DNA from: Mesotaenium endlicherianum
Taxonomy: Eukaryota
DNA length: 64,000 nucleotides
NCBI GenBank assembly: GCA_009602735.1
Contig: WELA01002297.1
Coordinates: 1 to 64,000 of the forward strand
Direction: 5' to 3'
The translations under genes and the position numbers were made by a program. The notes beneath the pieces are model-generated. The model worked only from the letters and a program-made list of their open reading frames with translations. It did no database searches and was not told the DNA's origin. Positions 48,944 to 60,246 of the stretch are shown here, piece by piece; the first letter of the stretch is position 1; each line of letters begins with the position of its first letter.

Positions 48944-51068
48944 CTGACTAAAGTTCCTTTCTTGCAAGTCAGGTCTTCTAGAGAGTGCATCAGCAGGATT
49001 CAACTTCCCTGGTTTGGAGTCGATTTGGACATGGAACTGCTCCAGCATCTGGCTCCAGCGGTTCTCCCTCCTCGACAGCTTGGACTTCTTCTGAAAGTGG
49101 GTCAGAGCTAGATGATCTGTAATCACCTTAAAAGCTTCACCATGTAAGTATGCTCTCCACTGTTTGAGTACATGAATGATAGCTAGCAGCTCTTTATCAT
49201 GCACTGAGTAATTAATCTCCGCAGGATTAAATTTCATAGCCTCATACAACACAGGATGCCACTCCTGCCGTACCTTTCCATCCTTTGTGGTTTTGGTGAC
49301 AGGCTGCAACAAAATAGCACCCATGGCAAAGTCAGAGGCATCAGTGACCACTTGCACCGGTTTGCTGGGGTCATACACGGCTAGCACCGGAGCAGAACAA
49401 AGAGCATCTTTGAGGGTCTGGAAGGCAGCCTGCTGCTCTTCCCCCCACACATACCCTATGTCTTTCTTAGTAAGGTCAATCAGTTTACTGGCTTTGTAGA
49501 ATAATTCTCAATAAATCTTCTATAATAGTTAGCCAACCCGAGGAAGGATCTAACTTCAGAGTCAGACTGTCGTACTGGCCAGTCCCTTATGGTCTGGACT
49601 TTCTTAGGATCCACACTGATGCCTTCTTTACTGACAAATGGCCAAAGAAATCAATACTTTCCTTAAAGAAATCACAATTGCTCATTTTAGCATATAAGTG
49701 ATTTTTTCTCAGAGTGTGCATGACTGTCTTTAAGTGTTCAGCGTGCTGAGCTTCACCTTTAGAGAAAATTAAAATATCATCCAAGAAAACTTGCACAAAC
49801 TTATCCAAATAAGATCTGAAAATGTCATTCATAGCACCCATGAAGGTCGCAGGAGCATTAGTCAGTCCAAATGGCATCACGTTGAATTCATAGTGTCCAT
49901 AATGTGTGCGGAAGGCAGTCTTGTGTTCGTAATTCTATTAAGAGCTCTGTAATCCACGCACATCCACATACTGCCATCCTTTTTCTTAACAAATAGGATG
50001 GGTGAGCCGTAAGGTGATCTACTGGGGGAAATATATCTATTTTCCTCAAACTCTGCAATCAGTATTTTCAACTCCTCGCTCTCCACATAAGACAAGCCAT
50101 AAGTGCGTTGCCAGGGTGGCTGACTCCCAGGTAATAAATCAATCCTATGATCTACTTCTCGCTTAGGGGGTAGTCCTGGAGGCATATTAAATACATCCGT
50201 GTACTGAGCAACAATTTTTGCAGCAGTAGGGTGCTCCGGAGGGCTTACCTTTTTCTCCACCACTTCTTCAGGTTGAGGAGGTATATCTCTTAGCAGCAGA
50301 CAGAACATTCTATCTTCCTTCTGGTTCCAGCTTTTGACGAGCTCCATTGCATTCAGCAACTTGCATCCTTTTGGAAGCCTTTTCTTTTCCTTCAGTTGCC
50401 ATCCACACGGGACAAGAGGAAGAGCACTGGTGGGTGCCAAGTGAGTCTGCCCATCACTGGCTCCTCTCACGTTAACTGTACCTCTGCTCCAACACACTTC
50501 AGCTTGATGTCTATTAAGCCAAGACCTGCCTTGCACGAGATCATAAAAGCAAGTGTTGAGTACCTCAAAGGTAAGCGTTTCAGTGAGAATTGCAATGCCA
50601 GAACCTAACTGGACCTCAATAGGCTTGGTTATAACTCCTCCCTGGATGCTTGAGGCATCTCCGAGGAATAGTTTTCTATTCCCTTGGGTGACAGTAGGCA
50701 GCCTTAGCCGCTTAACTAAGTCCTTATGGATGAAAGTATGCGACGCCCCCGCCGACAAATGCCCTCAACTTCCTACCTGCAATCATGCAATGTAGTAGGA
50801 TAGGGGGGACTTTTCCTGACTTTCGCATTGTTCTCCTGACTTAGCAAAGAAATGTTGGACATCCGATGGAACAAGAGCATCCAAAGTGTGCACTCTCTGG
50901 ATGTCTATATTGCTGATGGTCTCCTTTATCTGGTTGTGAGGCATGCATAGTGAATCCAGTTCAGCAAGACTTATAATACCTGCTACGAGGGCAGCTAGTG
51001 ACGACTCACTATCTCTAGCATCCTCACAGTCAGTAGACTGGATTACTGACTGTTGCTGTCTTTTAAAG
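48944..51068 (-). pseudogene. pol: B2 pol remnant (PR, RT with ~120-nt deletion, RNase H)
   Basis: Colinear with 56170-58430, with frameshifts and deletions. Confidence 0.9.
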
Positions 51069-53630
51069 GCTGGTCTTTTCTCTCGACCTTTGGGAGGTGC
51101 TTGACTGGACATTGCTCTCTGAAGTGACCCGTCTGCTGGCAATGGAAGCAAACAGATTTTGCTGAGGCTGGTCTCGGCTTAGTCCTACCACCACCTCTTC
51201 CATAGCCGCCTTGAGAGAAACCACCTCTACCTCTAGATTGTATAGCATTATACTCATACTCATATCCATCACCCTGATTGTCCTCGGCCTGGTCTCTTTC
51301 AATTGCATTGTAGGAATCGTGGGGCTTTTTGACAATCTTAGACACCAAAGCAATACTCCGGCGCTTGTGATTGAACTGCTGTTGATCCTAGGCATCAGCA
51401 TCCTGGATCAAGTCAGCCAGTTTTTCATACTTCTTCTCAGCAAAATGACCCGAGACTTCAGATTTCAAGCCATACCTGACCTATGCTATCCTATACCGTT
51501 CTGGCAAGTCAGGCTGTTTCATCATGTTCTCCTGGAACTTTTGAGCAAACTCAGCAACTGAAGTGGTCTGCTTCAGTGTCAGGGAGATCATCGCATAGAT
51601 AGCTTTCTCCTGCTGGTTGATGACATCAAACTTTTCATGCAACTTCTCGACAAACTCTGCCCACGTAGGGTCACCGAGTTGCTGAGCCTTACGCTCTTCT
51701 TTCCAGTATAGCCACCAGTCTGCGGCATTGCCTTTCAGTAGCGGACCGGTGTGCCTGTAATGAATCAATTCATTATTTATTTAATTAATTGCATACATAA
51801 ATATAACACTAAAAATATATTATGTCAATATGCTCACATGTGCGAGTTCATCTAAATGAACGTATGTCGATGTAATGCGAGTTTACTTACTTTGTCGAAA
51901 AGGTCAGCAGGATGACTTTTGTATCACTGTGTAGTTTGCAAACTTTGTTGAGAAGGTCAACAGGATGACTTTTGTATCCTAGTATAGTTTGCTAAGATTT
52001 ATATATCAGTTATATATAGGATGTAATATCAGTAGGTTGACATATAGTAAAGCTCGCTTGATATTAGTCAGTATACTTAGCTTCAGTACGCTGAGGATAG
52101 ACACATTCATTTAGATTATCGTTTGTAGATTGGCACATGTGACCGCAGTATACTAAAAGTCGGAAGGTCGACTGAGATTCGGTCAACCAGGTGGTCACTA
52201 GGTACATAGCAGGCTGGGATCTCGTGGTCCCTCATCCTGGACATAGGCTGAACAGTCGGATTTCTACTTGCAAGTCATGTGTGCACTCTTTGTGTTCGTT
52301 CTAATGACCAGCCTTCACGGACATTGACATGGTTGCTTCGTCTGCGCTCCAAATGGAGCAAACTAGGACTTTTCAGAAAGGTCTTGCCAAGATGCATCCG
52401 TTGCCGTTAAGTTTGCTCAATTTGAAGTAGTATTGACAGAGTTATGCCCTCTAACATTTTGGGGTCACACAGCGGACAGATTCCATGGTTTTTGCACCTA
52501 AGTCAGTGGGATAGGGTTTTTTGTGTTTGAGCTACTTTATGGTCATCTGAATGAGAGCGCCTTTGCTATTCAGTCCCTTGATGTTGTGTATGTGCTTACA
52601 CATGCTTGTATGCCTGGTAGGCAAGAGGTCAGGAGTTTCTAAAGGAGAAGCTCTAGTCATCAAGCTCGCCTCTTTCTTGTGCCTTGTATTCGTGTGCAAC
52701 TATGGCACACTACGATAAGTGAGTCAAGGGCTATAGATGAGTAAACGAAATTCATTATAAGGGCGAAGATTGCTCCTTGATTTCACACGCTTCCACCTAT
52801 CTCTGATCTTTTATATTTAAATGAAATATATTAATCTTGAATAAGCAAGATTCATTTCAGTGCCTGACCTTCTCGTAATCTTGCACTTCTGGATAGTTCT
52901 CTAGCCACTGCTCAACATCCGCGAGAAACTTGATCAGGTTATATTTTCTGTTTCCCTCAGCATCATAGTCCTTGGGAGGTTTCGGCTTGGGCTTACTAGG
53001 CCCTCTGCCACTTCCACCAGTGTTTTGAGACCCCAGTTGATCTGTGCTCCGCAGTAGAGATATTATGATTCTTTTGTCCTCCTGTTGGGACTGATACATG
53101 GTCGCCATTTGCGACTGCTTTTGAACGAAGAATGCTCCCAAGTCTACACTTTGAGGTGGTAGTCTAGCAAATGCAGCAGCAACATTGGCATCTACTCGCA
53201 AAGTAGTGTCCTCAACAGTCCCACTCGCTTCTGCAGCAGCAATTCCTGCCGCATTCAGCCGGTTACGTATTTGACCTAGGGGTACATTGAGTTGTACAGC
53301 AGGAGGTGGGCTCAGAACATTGGCCTTGGATGCCATAAGTTCTTCAACAGTGCGTTCGTCAGCTGGCTGTCCTTCCCTCCTTTCTGTATCTTCAGCAGCC
53401 TTTGCTAATTGTTCAGCTTCTAATCTGGCTCTCTCCTCCTCAGCTTGCTGTGCTGCGACTGCGGCAATAGCAGCTGCCTCATCTGCAGCCTCCCTAGCTG
53501 CAGTATCTGCCACTGCTTCATAATAGGTACGAGTTCCCGCTACATGGCTTTCCGCCTGGTTTTGGACATTCTCGTTATCCTGGTTCTCCATGTCTCGGGA
53601 GTTGCTAGTTTGAGACCTTGTTCTTACCAT
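51043..53630 (-). pseudogene. gag: B2 gag, interrupted by solo LTR E, with frameshift and stop
   Basis: MVRTRSQ.. 52860-53630 and remainder 51043-51755 joined through TSD GTGCC. Confidence 0.9.
51756..52859 (+). mobile_element. Solo LTR E (1104 bp) with family-B termini but a different interior
   Basis: TGTAATGAATC...GATTCATTTCA; TSD GTGCC (51751-51755 / 52860-52864); internal ~53-bp tandem repeat at 51898-51996. Confidence 0.88.
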
Positions 53631-54715
53631 ACAAAGAAGACTGTGATAACCGCTCCGATACCACTGGAATGAATCGACTTACCAAATAGGCGATTAACAA
53701 TTAATGAAGATCTTTATATCAGCAAGTAATCTTTATGGTATTTTCTGTTAATTGGTTAAACGACAAAGGACAACACACTAGCAGTAAACAATACTCGTAA
53801 GTCAAATGCGAGTAATGTAGCATCAATAATGCAATCAGTAAACTCATACATAAGCAAGGTTAGAAGACAGTGCGTATCAATGGCTTCTCGCCTTGGATTC
53901 AAATGTCTCTCAGAAAGCTTGTACACGAGAGTTGGTGTAATGAATCAGTATATTAGTAGATATAATATTCATTTAAATGTAATAGTTAGTTCAGTTCAGC
54001 CTGCCAAACTTTAGTTGGTAGTCAGTCTGCTGAACTTTAGTTAATAATCAGTCTGCTGGACTTTACATAATTATCAGTTAAATGACTCGGCCAAAAGCAG
54101 CAGGCTGAAGTCAACTAAAGTCAGCTTGCTGACACATTCTTTGACAGCCAGCTGACTTCCGTGCTCGGTAGCAGCGAACTGCCTTGATATGCATCTAAGT
54201 ACCACCTGCTAGAGGAATGGCCAGATGACATCCCCATGATGGATGGCTATTCGGGATGATGGGAGATGGCGGTGGATTTGGTTAACCGAGGTCCTACCAA
54301 CGTGGTTAACTCCCGGGTAGGCGGTGCCATCGCACTGACCGTTGAACAGTAAACTCATTCCATGTACATATGCTAGGCATTGCTCTCGAGTTCGGCATTC
54401 GGAAACGAGGCCAACTCTCTTGTACAGCTTACTGAGAGAGATCTGAATCCAAGGCGAGAAGCCATTGATACGCACTGTCTTCTAACCTTGCTTATGTATG
54501 AGTTTACTGATTTGCATTATTGATGCTAGTTTACTCGCATTTGACTTACGAGTATTATTCACTGCTAGTGTATTGTCCTTTGCCGTTTAACCAGTTAACG
54601 GAAATTACCATAAAGATTACTTGCTGATATAAAGATCTTTATTAATTGTTAATCGCCTATTTGGTAAGTCGATTCATTTCAGTGGTATCGGAGCAGTTAT
54701 CACAGTCTTCTTTGT

Positions 54716-56194
54716 ATGGTAAGGACAAGGTCTCAAACTAGCAACTCCCGAGACATGGAGAACCAGGATAACGAGAATGTCGAAAACCAGGCGGAAAGCC
54801 ATGTAGCGGGAAACCGTACCTATTCGGAAGCAGTAGCGGATACTGCAGCTAGGGAGGCTGCAGATGAGGCAGCTGCTATTGCCTCAGTCGCAGCTCAGCA
54901 AGCTGAGGAGGAGATAGCCAGACTAGAAGCTGAACAAGTAGCAAAGGCCGCTGAAGATATACAAAGGAGGGAAGGACAGCCAGCTGACGAGCGCACTGTT
55001 GAAGAACTTATGGCATCAAGGGCCAATGTTCTGAACCCACCTCCTGCCGTACAACTCAATGTACCCCTAGGTCAAATACGTGACCGGCTGAATGCGGCAG
55101 GAATTGCTGCTGCAGGAGCAAGAGGGATTGTTGAGGACACTACTCAGCGAGTAGATGCCAATGCTGCTGCTGCATTTGCTAATCTACCACCCCAAAATGT
55201 AGACTTGGGAGCATTGTTCGTTCAGATGCAGTCGCAAATGGCGACCATGTATCAGTCCCAGCAGGAGGACAAAAGAATCATAATGTCCCTACTCCGGGAC
55301 AGAGACCAACTGGGGTCTCACACCACTAGTGGTGGTGGCCGAGGGCCTAGTAAGCCCAAGCCGAAACCTCCCCAGGACTATGATCCTGAGGGAAACAGAA
55401 AATATTACCTGATCAAGTTTCTCGCGGATGTTGAGCAGTGGCTGGAGAACTACCCAGAACTGCAAGATTACGAGAAGGTCAGGCACACCGGTGCGCTACT
55501 GAAAGGCAGTGCCGCAGACTGGTGGCTTTACTGGAAGGAAGAGCGTAAGGCTCGGCAACTCGGTGACCCTACGTGGGTAGAGTTTGTCGAGAAGTTGCAT
55601 GAGAAGTTTGATGTCATCAACCAGCAGGAGAAAGCTATCTATGCGATGATCTCCCTGACACTGAAGCAGACCACTTCAGTTGCTGAGTTTGCTCAAAAGT
55701 TCCAAGAGAACATGATGAAGCAGCCTGATTTGCCAGAACGGTATAGGATAGCATACTTCAGGTATGGCTTGAAATCCGAGGTCTCTGGTCATTTTGCTGA
55801 GAAAAAGTATGAGAAACTGGCTGACTTGATCCAGGATGCTGACGCCTGGGATCAGCAGCAGTTCAATCACAAGCGCCAGAGTAACGCTTTGGTGTCTAAG
55901 ATTGTCAAAAAGCCCCACGGTTCCTACAATGCAGTTGAAGGAGACCAGGCTGAGGATAATCAGGGTGATGAATATGAGTATGAGTACAATGCTATTCAGT
56001 CTAGAGGTAGAGGTGGTCCCTCTCGAGGTGGCTATGGAAGGGGTGGTGGTAGGACTAAGCCGAGACCAGCCTCAGCAAAATCTACTTGCTACCATTGTCA
56101 GCAGAAAGGCCACTACAGAGAACAGTGTCCGGTCAAGCACCTGCCTAAGGTCGAGAGAAAAGACCAGCCTTTAAAAGACAGCAACAGTCAGTAA
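54716..56194 (+). CDS. gag: Gag of B3 (492 aa)
   Basis: Open ORF after PBS with RGG tract and CCHC knuckle. Confidence 0.93.
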   Translation: MVRTRSQTSNSRDMENQDNENVENQAESHVAGNRTYSEAVADTAAREAADEAAAIASVAAQQAEEEIARLEAEQVAKAAEDIQRREGQPADERTVEELMASRANVLNPPPAVQLNVPLGQIRDRLNAAGIAAAGARGIVEDTTQRVDANAAAAFANLPPQNVDLGALFVQMQSQMATMYQSQQEDKRIIMSLLRDRDQLGSHTTSGGGRGPSKPKPKPPQDYDPEGNRKYYLIKFLADVEQWLENYPELQDYEKVRHTGALLKGSAADWWLYWKEERKARQLGDPTWVEFVEKLHEKFDVINQQEKAIYAMISLTLKQTTSVAEFAQKFQENMMKQPDLPERYRIAYFRYGLKSEVSGHFAEKKYEKLADLIQDADAWDQQQFNHKRQSNALVSKIVKKPHGSYNAVEGDQAEDNQGDEYEYEYNAIQSRGRGGPSRGGYGRGGGRTKPRPASAKSTCYHCQQKGHYREQCPVKHLPKVERKDQPLKDSNSQ

Positions 56195-56211
56195 TCCAGT
56201 CTACTGACTGT
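56170..56211 (+). promoter_or_regulatory. Predicted -1 ribosomal frameshift signal (T_TTA_AAA + 7-nt spacer + 10-bp stem-loop)
   Basis: Heptamer in gag phase; pol in the -1 frame; ACAGTCAGTA/TACTGACTGT stem; same in B1 and B2. Confidence 0.75.
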
Positions 56212-56262
56212 GAGGATGCTAGAGATAGTGAGTCGTCACTAGCTGCCCTCGTAGCAGGTATT

Positions 56263-59200
56263 ATGGGTCCTGCTGAACTGGATTCACTATGCATGCCTGA
56301 CAAACAGATAAAGGAGACCATCAGTAATATAGACGTCCAGAGAGTGCACACTCTGGATGCTCTTGTTCCACCTGATGTCCAACATTTCTTTGCTACGTCA
56401 GGAGAACAATGCGAAAGTCAGGAAAAGACAGTCCCCCCTATCCTACTGCATTGCATGATTGCAGGTAGGAAGGTGAGGGCATTTGTTGACGGAGGGGCGT
56501 CACATACTTTTATTCACAAGGACTTAGTTAAGCGGCTAAGGCTGCCTACTGTCACCCAAGGGAATAGAAAAATATTCCTTGGAGATGCCTCAAGTATCCC
56601 GGGAGGAGTTATAACCAAGCCTATTGAGGTCCAGTTAGGTTCTGGCATTGCAGTTCTAACTGAAACGCTTACATTTGAGGTACTCAACACTGGCTTTTAT
56701 GATCTCGTGCTAGGCAGGTCCTGGCTTAATAGACATCAAGCTGAAGTGTGTTGGAGCAGAGGTACAGTTAAAGTGAGAGGAGCCAGTGATGGGCAGACTG
56801 ACTTGGCACCCACCAGTGCTCTTCCTCTTGTCCTGTGTGGATGGCAAATGAAGGAAAAGAAGAGGCTTCCAGAAGGATGCAAGTTGCTGAATGCAATGGA
56901 GTTCGTCAAAAGCTGGAACCAGAAGGAAGACAGAATGTTCTGTCTGCTGCTAAGAGAGGTACCTCCTCAACCTGAAGAAGTGGTTGAGAAAAAGGTAAGC
57001 CCTCCGGAGCACCCTACTGCTGCAAAAATTGTTGCTCAGTACACTGATGTGTTTAACATGCCTCCAGGACTACCCCCTAAAAGGGAAGTAGATCATAGGA
57101 TTGATCTATTACCTGGTAGCCAGCCACCCTGGCAACGCACTTATGGCTTGTCTTATTTGGAGAGCGAGGAGTTGAAAACACAGATTGCAGAGCTGGAGGA
57201 AAATGGTTACATTTCTCCCAGTAAATCACCGTACGGCGCACCTATCCTATTTGTTAAGAAAAAGGATGGCAGTATGCGGATGTGTGTGGATTACAGAGCC
57301 CTGAACAGAATTACAGTAAAGAACAAGTATGCTTTACCCAGAATCGAGGACTTGCTTGATACCCTGTCTGGCGCTAAGGTGTTCAGTAAGATAGATCTCA
57401 AGAGTGGTTATCATCAAATCAGAATTGCTGAGGGGGATGAACACAAGACTGCTTTCCGCACACGTTATGGACACTATGAGTTCAACGTGATGCCATTTGG
57501 ACTGACTAATGCTCCTGCTACCTTTATGGGTGCTATGAATGACATTTTCAGACCTTATTTGGATAAGTTTGTGCAAGTTTTCCTGGATGATATTTTAATT
57601 TTCTCTAAAGATGAAGCTCAGCACACTGAACACTTAAAGAAAGTGCTGGACACTCTGCGGAAAAATCACTTGTATGCTAAAATGAGCAAGTGTGATTTCT
57701 TTAAGGAAAGTATTGAATTCTTAGGCCACGTTGTCAGTAAAGAGGGCATCAGTGTGGATCCTAAGAAAGTCCAGACCATAAGGGACTGGCCAGTACCACA
57801 GTCTGTCTCTGAAGTTAGATCCTTCCTCGGGTTGGCTAACTACTATAGGAGATTTATTGAGAATTATTCCACAAAGGCCAGTAAACTGACTGACCTTACT
57901 AAGAAAGACATCGGGTATGTGTGGGGGGAAGAGCAGCAGGCTGCCTTCCAGACCCTTAAAGATGCCCTTTGTTCTGCCCCAGTGCTAGCCGTGTATGACC
58001 CCAGCAAACCGGTGCAGGTGGTTACTGATGCCTCTGATTTTGCCATGGGTGCTATTTTGTTGCAGCCTGCTGACAAAACCACAAAGGATGGTAAGGTACG
58101 GCAGGAGTGGCATCCTGTGTTGTATGAGTCTATGAAATTTAATCCAGCGGAGATTAATTACTCAGTGCATGATAAAGAGCTGCTAGCTATCATTCATGTA
58201 CTCAAACAGTGGAGAGCATACTTACATGGTAAAGCTTTTAAGGTGATTACAGATCATCTAGCTCTGACCCACTTTCAGAAGAAGTCCAAGCTGTCGAGGA
58301 GGGAGAACCGCTGGAGCCAGATGCTGGAGCAGTTCCAAGTCCAGATCGACTACAAACCAGGGAAGTTGAATCCTGCTGATGCACTCTCTAGAAGACCTGA
58401 CTTGCAAGAAAGGAACTTTAGTCAGCATGCTGTAGATAAAGTCCTGTGTGCACTCACTTCACTAAAGGTGAAAAAGTCCTTCCTTGAACAACTTAGGAAA
58501 GCCTACCTTTCTGACCCAACATTTGAGCCCAGCCCCACTACTGGTGTGTGTCGTGCTACTGCACTCGGGTATAAGCTCAAGGGAGGGGTCTGGGTGACTG
58601 AAACCACTTCAGGCAGGCTGAAGCTGGTCATTCCTAATAACTTGGAAATAAGGTCTCTCTTACTGAGTCAAGCTCATGACAGTCTCCTGGGTGGACATTT
58701 GGGGCAGGCCAAAACTGTTGGCAAACTGGCAAAACATTATCATTGGGAGGGGTTACCCCGGGAGGTCTTGAAATATGTCAAGTCCTGTGACCAGTGTCAG
58801 AGAAATAAGTCTCGGCACACACCACCCGGAGGTCTCTTGCAACCGCTACCCATCCCAGCGGGACGCTGGGAAACTATATCCATGGACTGGGTGGTCTCAC
58901 TACCAAGAACTGCCAACGGGCATGATTCAATACTGGTAGTCGTGGATAAACTGACAAAAATGGTCATTTTTATCCCCACAACTGTCAAAGTGACTGCACT
59001 CGAAACAGCGAGACAGTTTTACAACCATGTAGTATGCCAACATGGGCTCCCTTCTAATATCATCTCAGACAGAGACTCAAAATTCACCTCTAAGTTCTGG
59101 AGAGCTTTAATGGGGTTAATGGGAGTCAAACAGCTGCTCAGCACAGCAAACCACCCTCAGACTGATGGGCAGACTGAAAGAACTAACCGAGTTCTGCAGG

Positions 59201-59979
59201 AGGTGCTGAGAGCATATATTAACCAAAAACAAGATAATTGGGATGACCTGTTGCCTCAAATTCAGTTTGCGGTCAACAGTGCGGTGCACGCGTCAACGGG
59301 CAAAACTCCTTTTGAACTCAGCCTGGGTAGAGTCCCTAAGTCTCCTCTAGATGTGCTAGGGGAATCTTTAACTCACCCTGAAGGGATTGACAACCCGGTC
59401 TCCCTCCAGTTAACTCAGGAGTTTGCTGACACCCTGTCAGAAGTCCAACGAAACTTGCACACGGCCCAAGAAAACCAACAAAAATACGCTAATCAACACC
59501 GTCGGGAACTGACATTTTCCAAGGGGGATTTAGTCAAACTGCATTCTCAGCACCTGTACCTCCCTGGTGTGGTCAAGAAAAAGCTTGGCCCTGTCTGGGT
59601 CGGTCCATATTCGGTGGTCCGTCGTGTCGGTCAGAATGCTTACAAACTGAACATGTCAGCTGAATACAAGGGGCACCCGGTCTTTAATGTCTCCTTCCTG
59701 GAACCGTACATCAAAGGTGATACACTGTTCACAGGTCGGTTCCCTGTCCAACCGGGACCGGTCCCCGCTGTCCGGGACGGCGACCCTGAGGAATATGAGG
59801 TCGATGAGATTTTAGACGCTCGCTCGGTCCGTCGATCGTCTAAATATGTCATGAAATACCTCATTCGATGGAAGGGTTACGATGCCTCTGGGGACACTTG
59901 GGAGTTTAAGGACCACTTGACCAATGCCAAAGGGGCGTTGACACGGTTCCACCTTCGGGCCGCTGGAGTCCCTCCATAA
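56263..59979 (+). CDS. pol: Pol of B3: PR-RT-RH-IN-chromodomain (1238 aa from first Met; true start is upstream via frameshift)
   Basis: [83 protein letters not shown]. Confidence 0.96.
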   Translation: MGPAELDSLCMPDKQIKETISNIDVQRVHTLDALVPPDVQHFFATSGEQCESQEKTVPPILLHCMIAGRKVRAFVDGGASHTFIHKDLVKRLRLPTVTQGNRKIFLGDASSIPGGVITKPIEVQLGSGIAVLTETLTFEVLNTGFYDLVLGRSWLNRHQAEVCWSRGTVKVRGASDGQTDLAPTSALPLVLCGWQMKEKKRLPEGCKLLNAMEFVKSWNQKEDRMFCLLLREVPPQPEEVVEKKVSPPEHPTAAKIVAQYTDVFNMPPGLPPKREVDHRIDLLPGSQPPWQRTYGLSYLESEELKTQIAELEENGYISPSKSPYGAPILFVKKKDGSMRMCVDYRALNRITVKNKYALPRIEDLLDTLSGAKVFSKIDLKSGYHQIRIAEGDEHKTAFRTRYGHYEFNVMPFGLTNAPATFMGAMNDIFRPYLDKFVQVFLDDILIFSKDEAQHTEHLKKVLDTLRKNHLYAKMSKCDFFKESIEFLGHVVSKEGISVDPKKVQTIRDWPVPQSVSEVRSFLGLANYYRRFIENYSTKASKLTDLTKKDIGYVWGEEQQAAFQTLKDALCSAPVLAVYDPSKPVQVVTDASDFAMGAILLQPADKTTKDGKVRQEWHPVLYESMKFNPAEINYSVHDKELLAIIHVLKQWRAYLHGKAFKVITDHLALTHFQKKSKLSRRENRWSQMLEQFQVQIDYKPGKLNPADALSRRPDLQERNFSQHAVDKVLCALTSLKVKKSFLEQLRKAYLSDPTFEPSPTTGVCRATALGYKLKGGVWVTETTSGRLKLVIPNNLEIRSLLLSQAHDSLLGGHLGQAKTVGKLAKHYHWEGLPREVLKYVKSCDQCQRNKSRHTPPGGLLQPLPIPAGRWETISMDWVVSLPRTANGHDSILVVVDKLTKMVIFIPTTVKVTALETARQFYNHVVCQHGLPSNIISDRDSKFTSKFWRALMGLMGVKQLLSTANHPQTDGQTERTNRVLQEVLRAYINQKQDNWDDLLPQIQFAVNSAVHASTGKTPFELSLGRVPKSPLDVLGESLTHPEGIDNPVSLQLTQEFADTLSEVQRNLHTAQENQQKYANQHRRELTFSKGDLVKLHSQHLYLPGVVKKKLGPVWVGPYSVVRRVGQNAYKLNMSAEYKGHPVFNVSFLEPYIKGDTLFTGRFPVQPGPVPAVRDGDPEEYEVDEILDARSVRRSSKYVMKYLIRWKGYDASGDTWEFKDHLTNAKGALTRFHLRAAGVPP

Positions 59980-60246
59980 CTGTCATTTCAGTTGACACGG
60001 GAAGGTGACAGGCGGTCCTGTCTCCATTTAAGTTGGAGGGGAAAATATATGACAGTTAGTGAGCGAGAGCGATAAAAACACACTCATACGTTTATGTGTA
60101 GCGCATCGCAACTACGTCAACTTTTAGCAATCATCCTGTAAGGTAAACAGCAGCGAAGCCACTATACTAAATACTAACATACTTCCTGCAATCCCTATGA
60201 CAAAGGTCCATATCCTACTAACTTGTGCCCTGGTTACATGTGCAGG

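Larger units (their letters stand above)
45672..53935 (-). mobile_element. Family B copy B2 (degenerate; integrase deleted; two solo LTRs nested; 5' LTR cut by B3)
   Basis: 3' LTR 45672-46393, PPT, ORF3, pol remnants, gag 51043-53630, PBS 53652-53663, partial 5' LTR 53665-53935. Confidence 0.92.

Noticed and set aside
56194..56217. Pseudoknot between loop ATCC and downstream GGAT in the B frameshift element
   Set aside because: A 2-nt linker is too short to span a 10-bp stem; kept as a simple hairpin.
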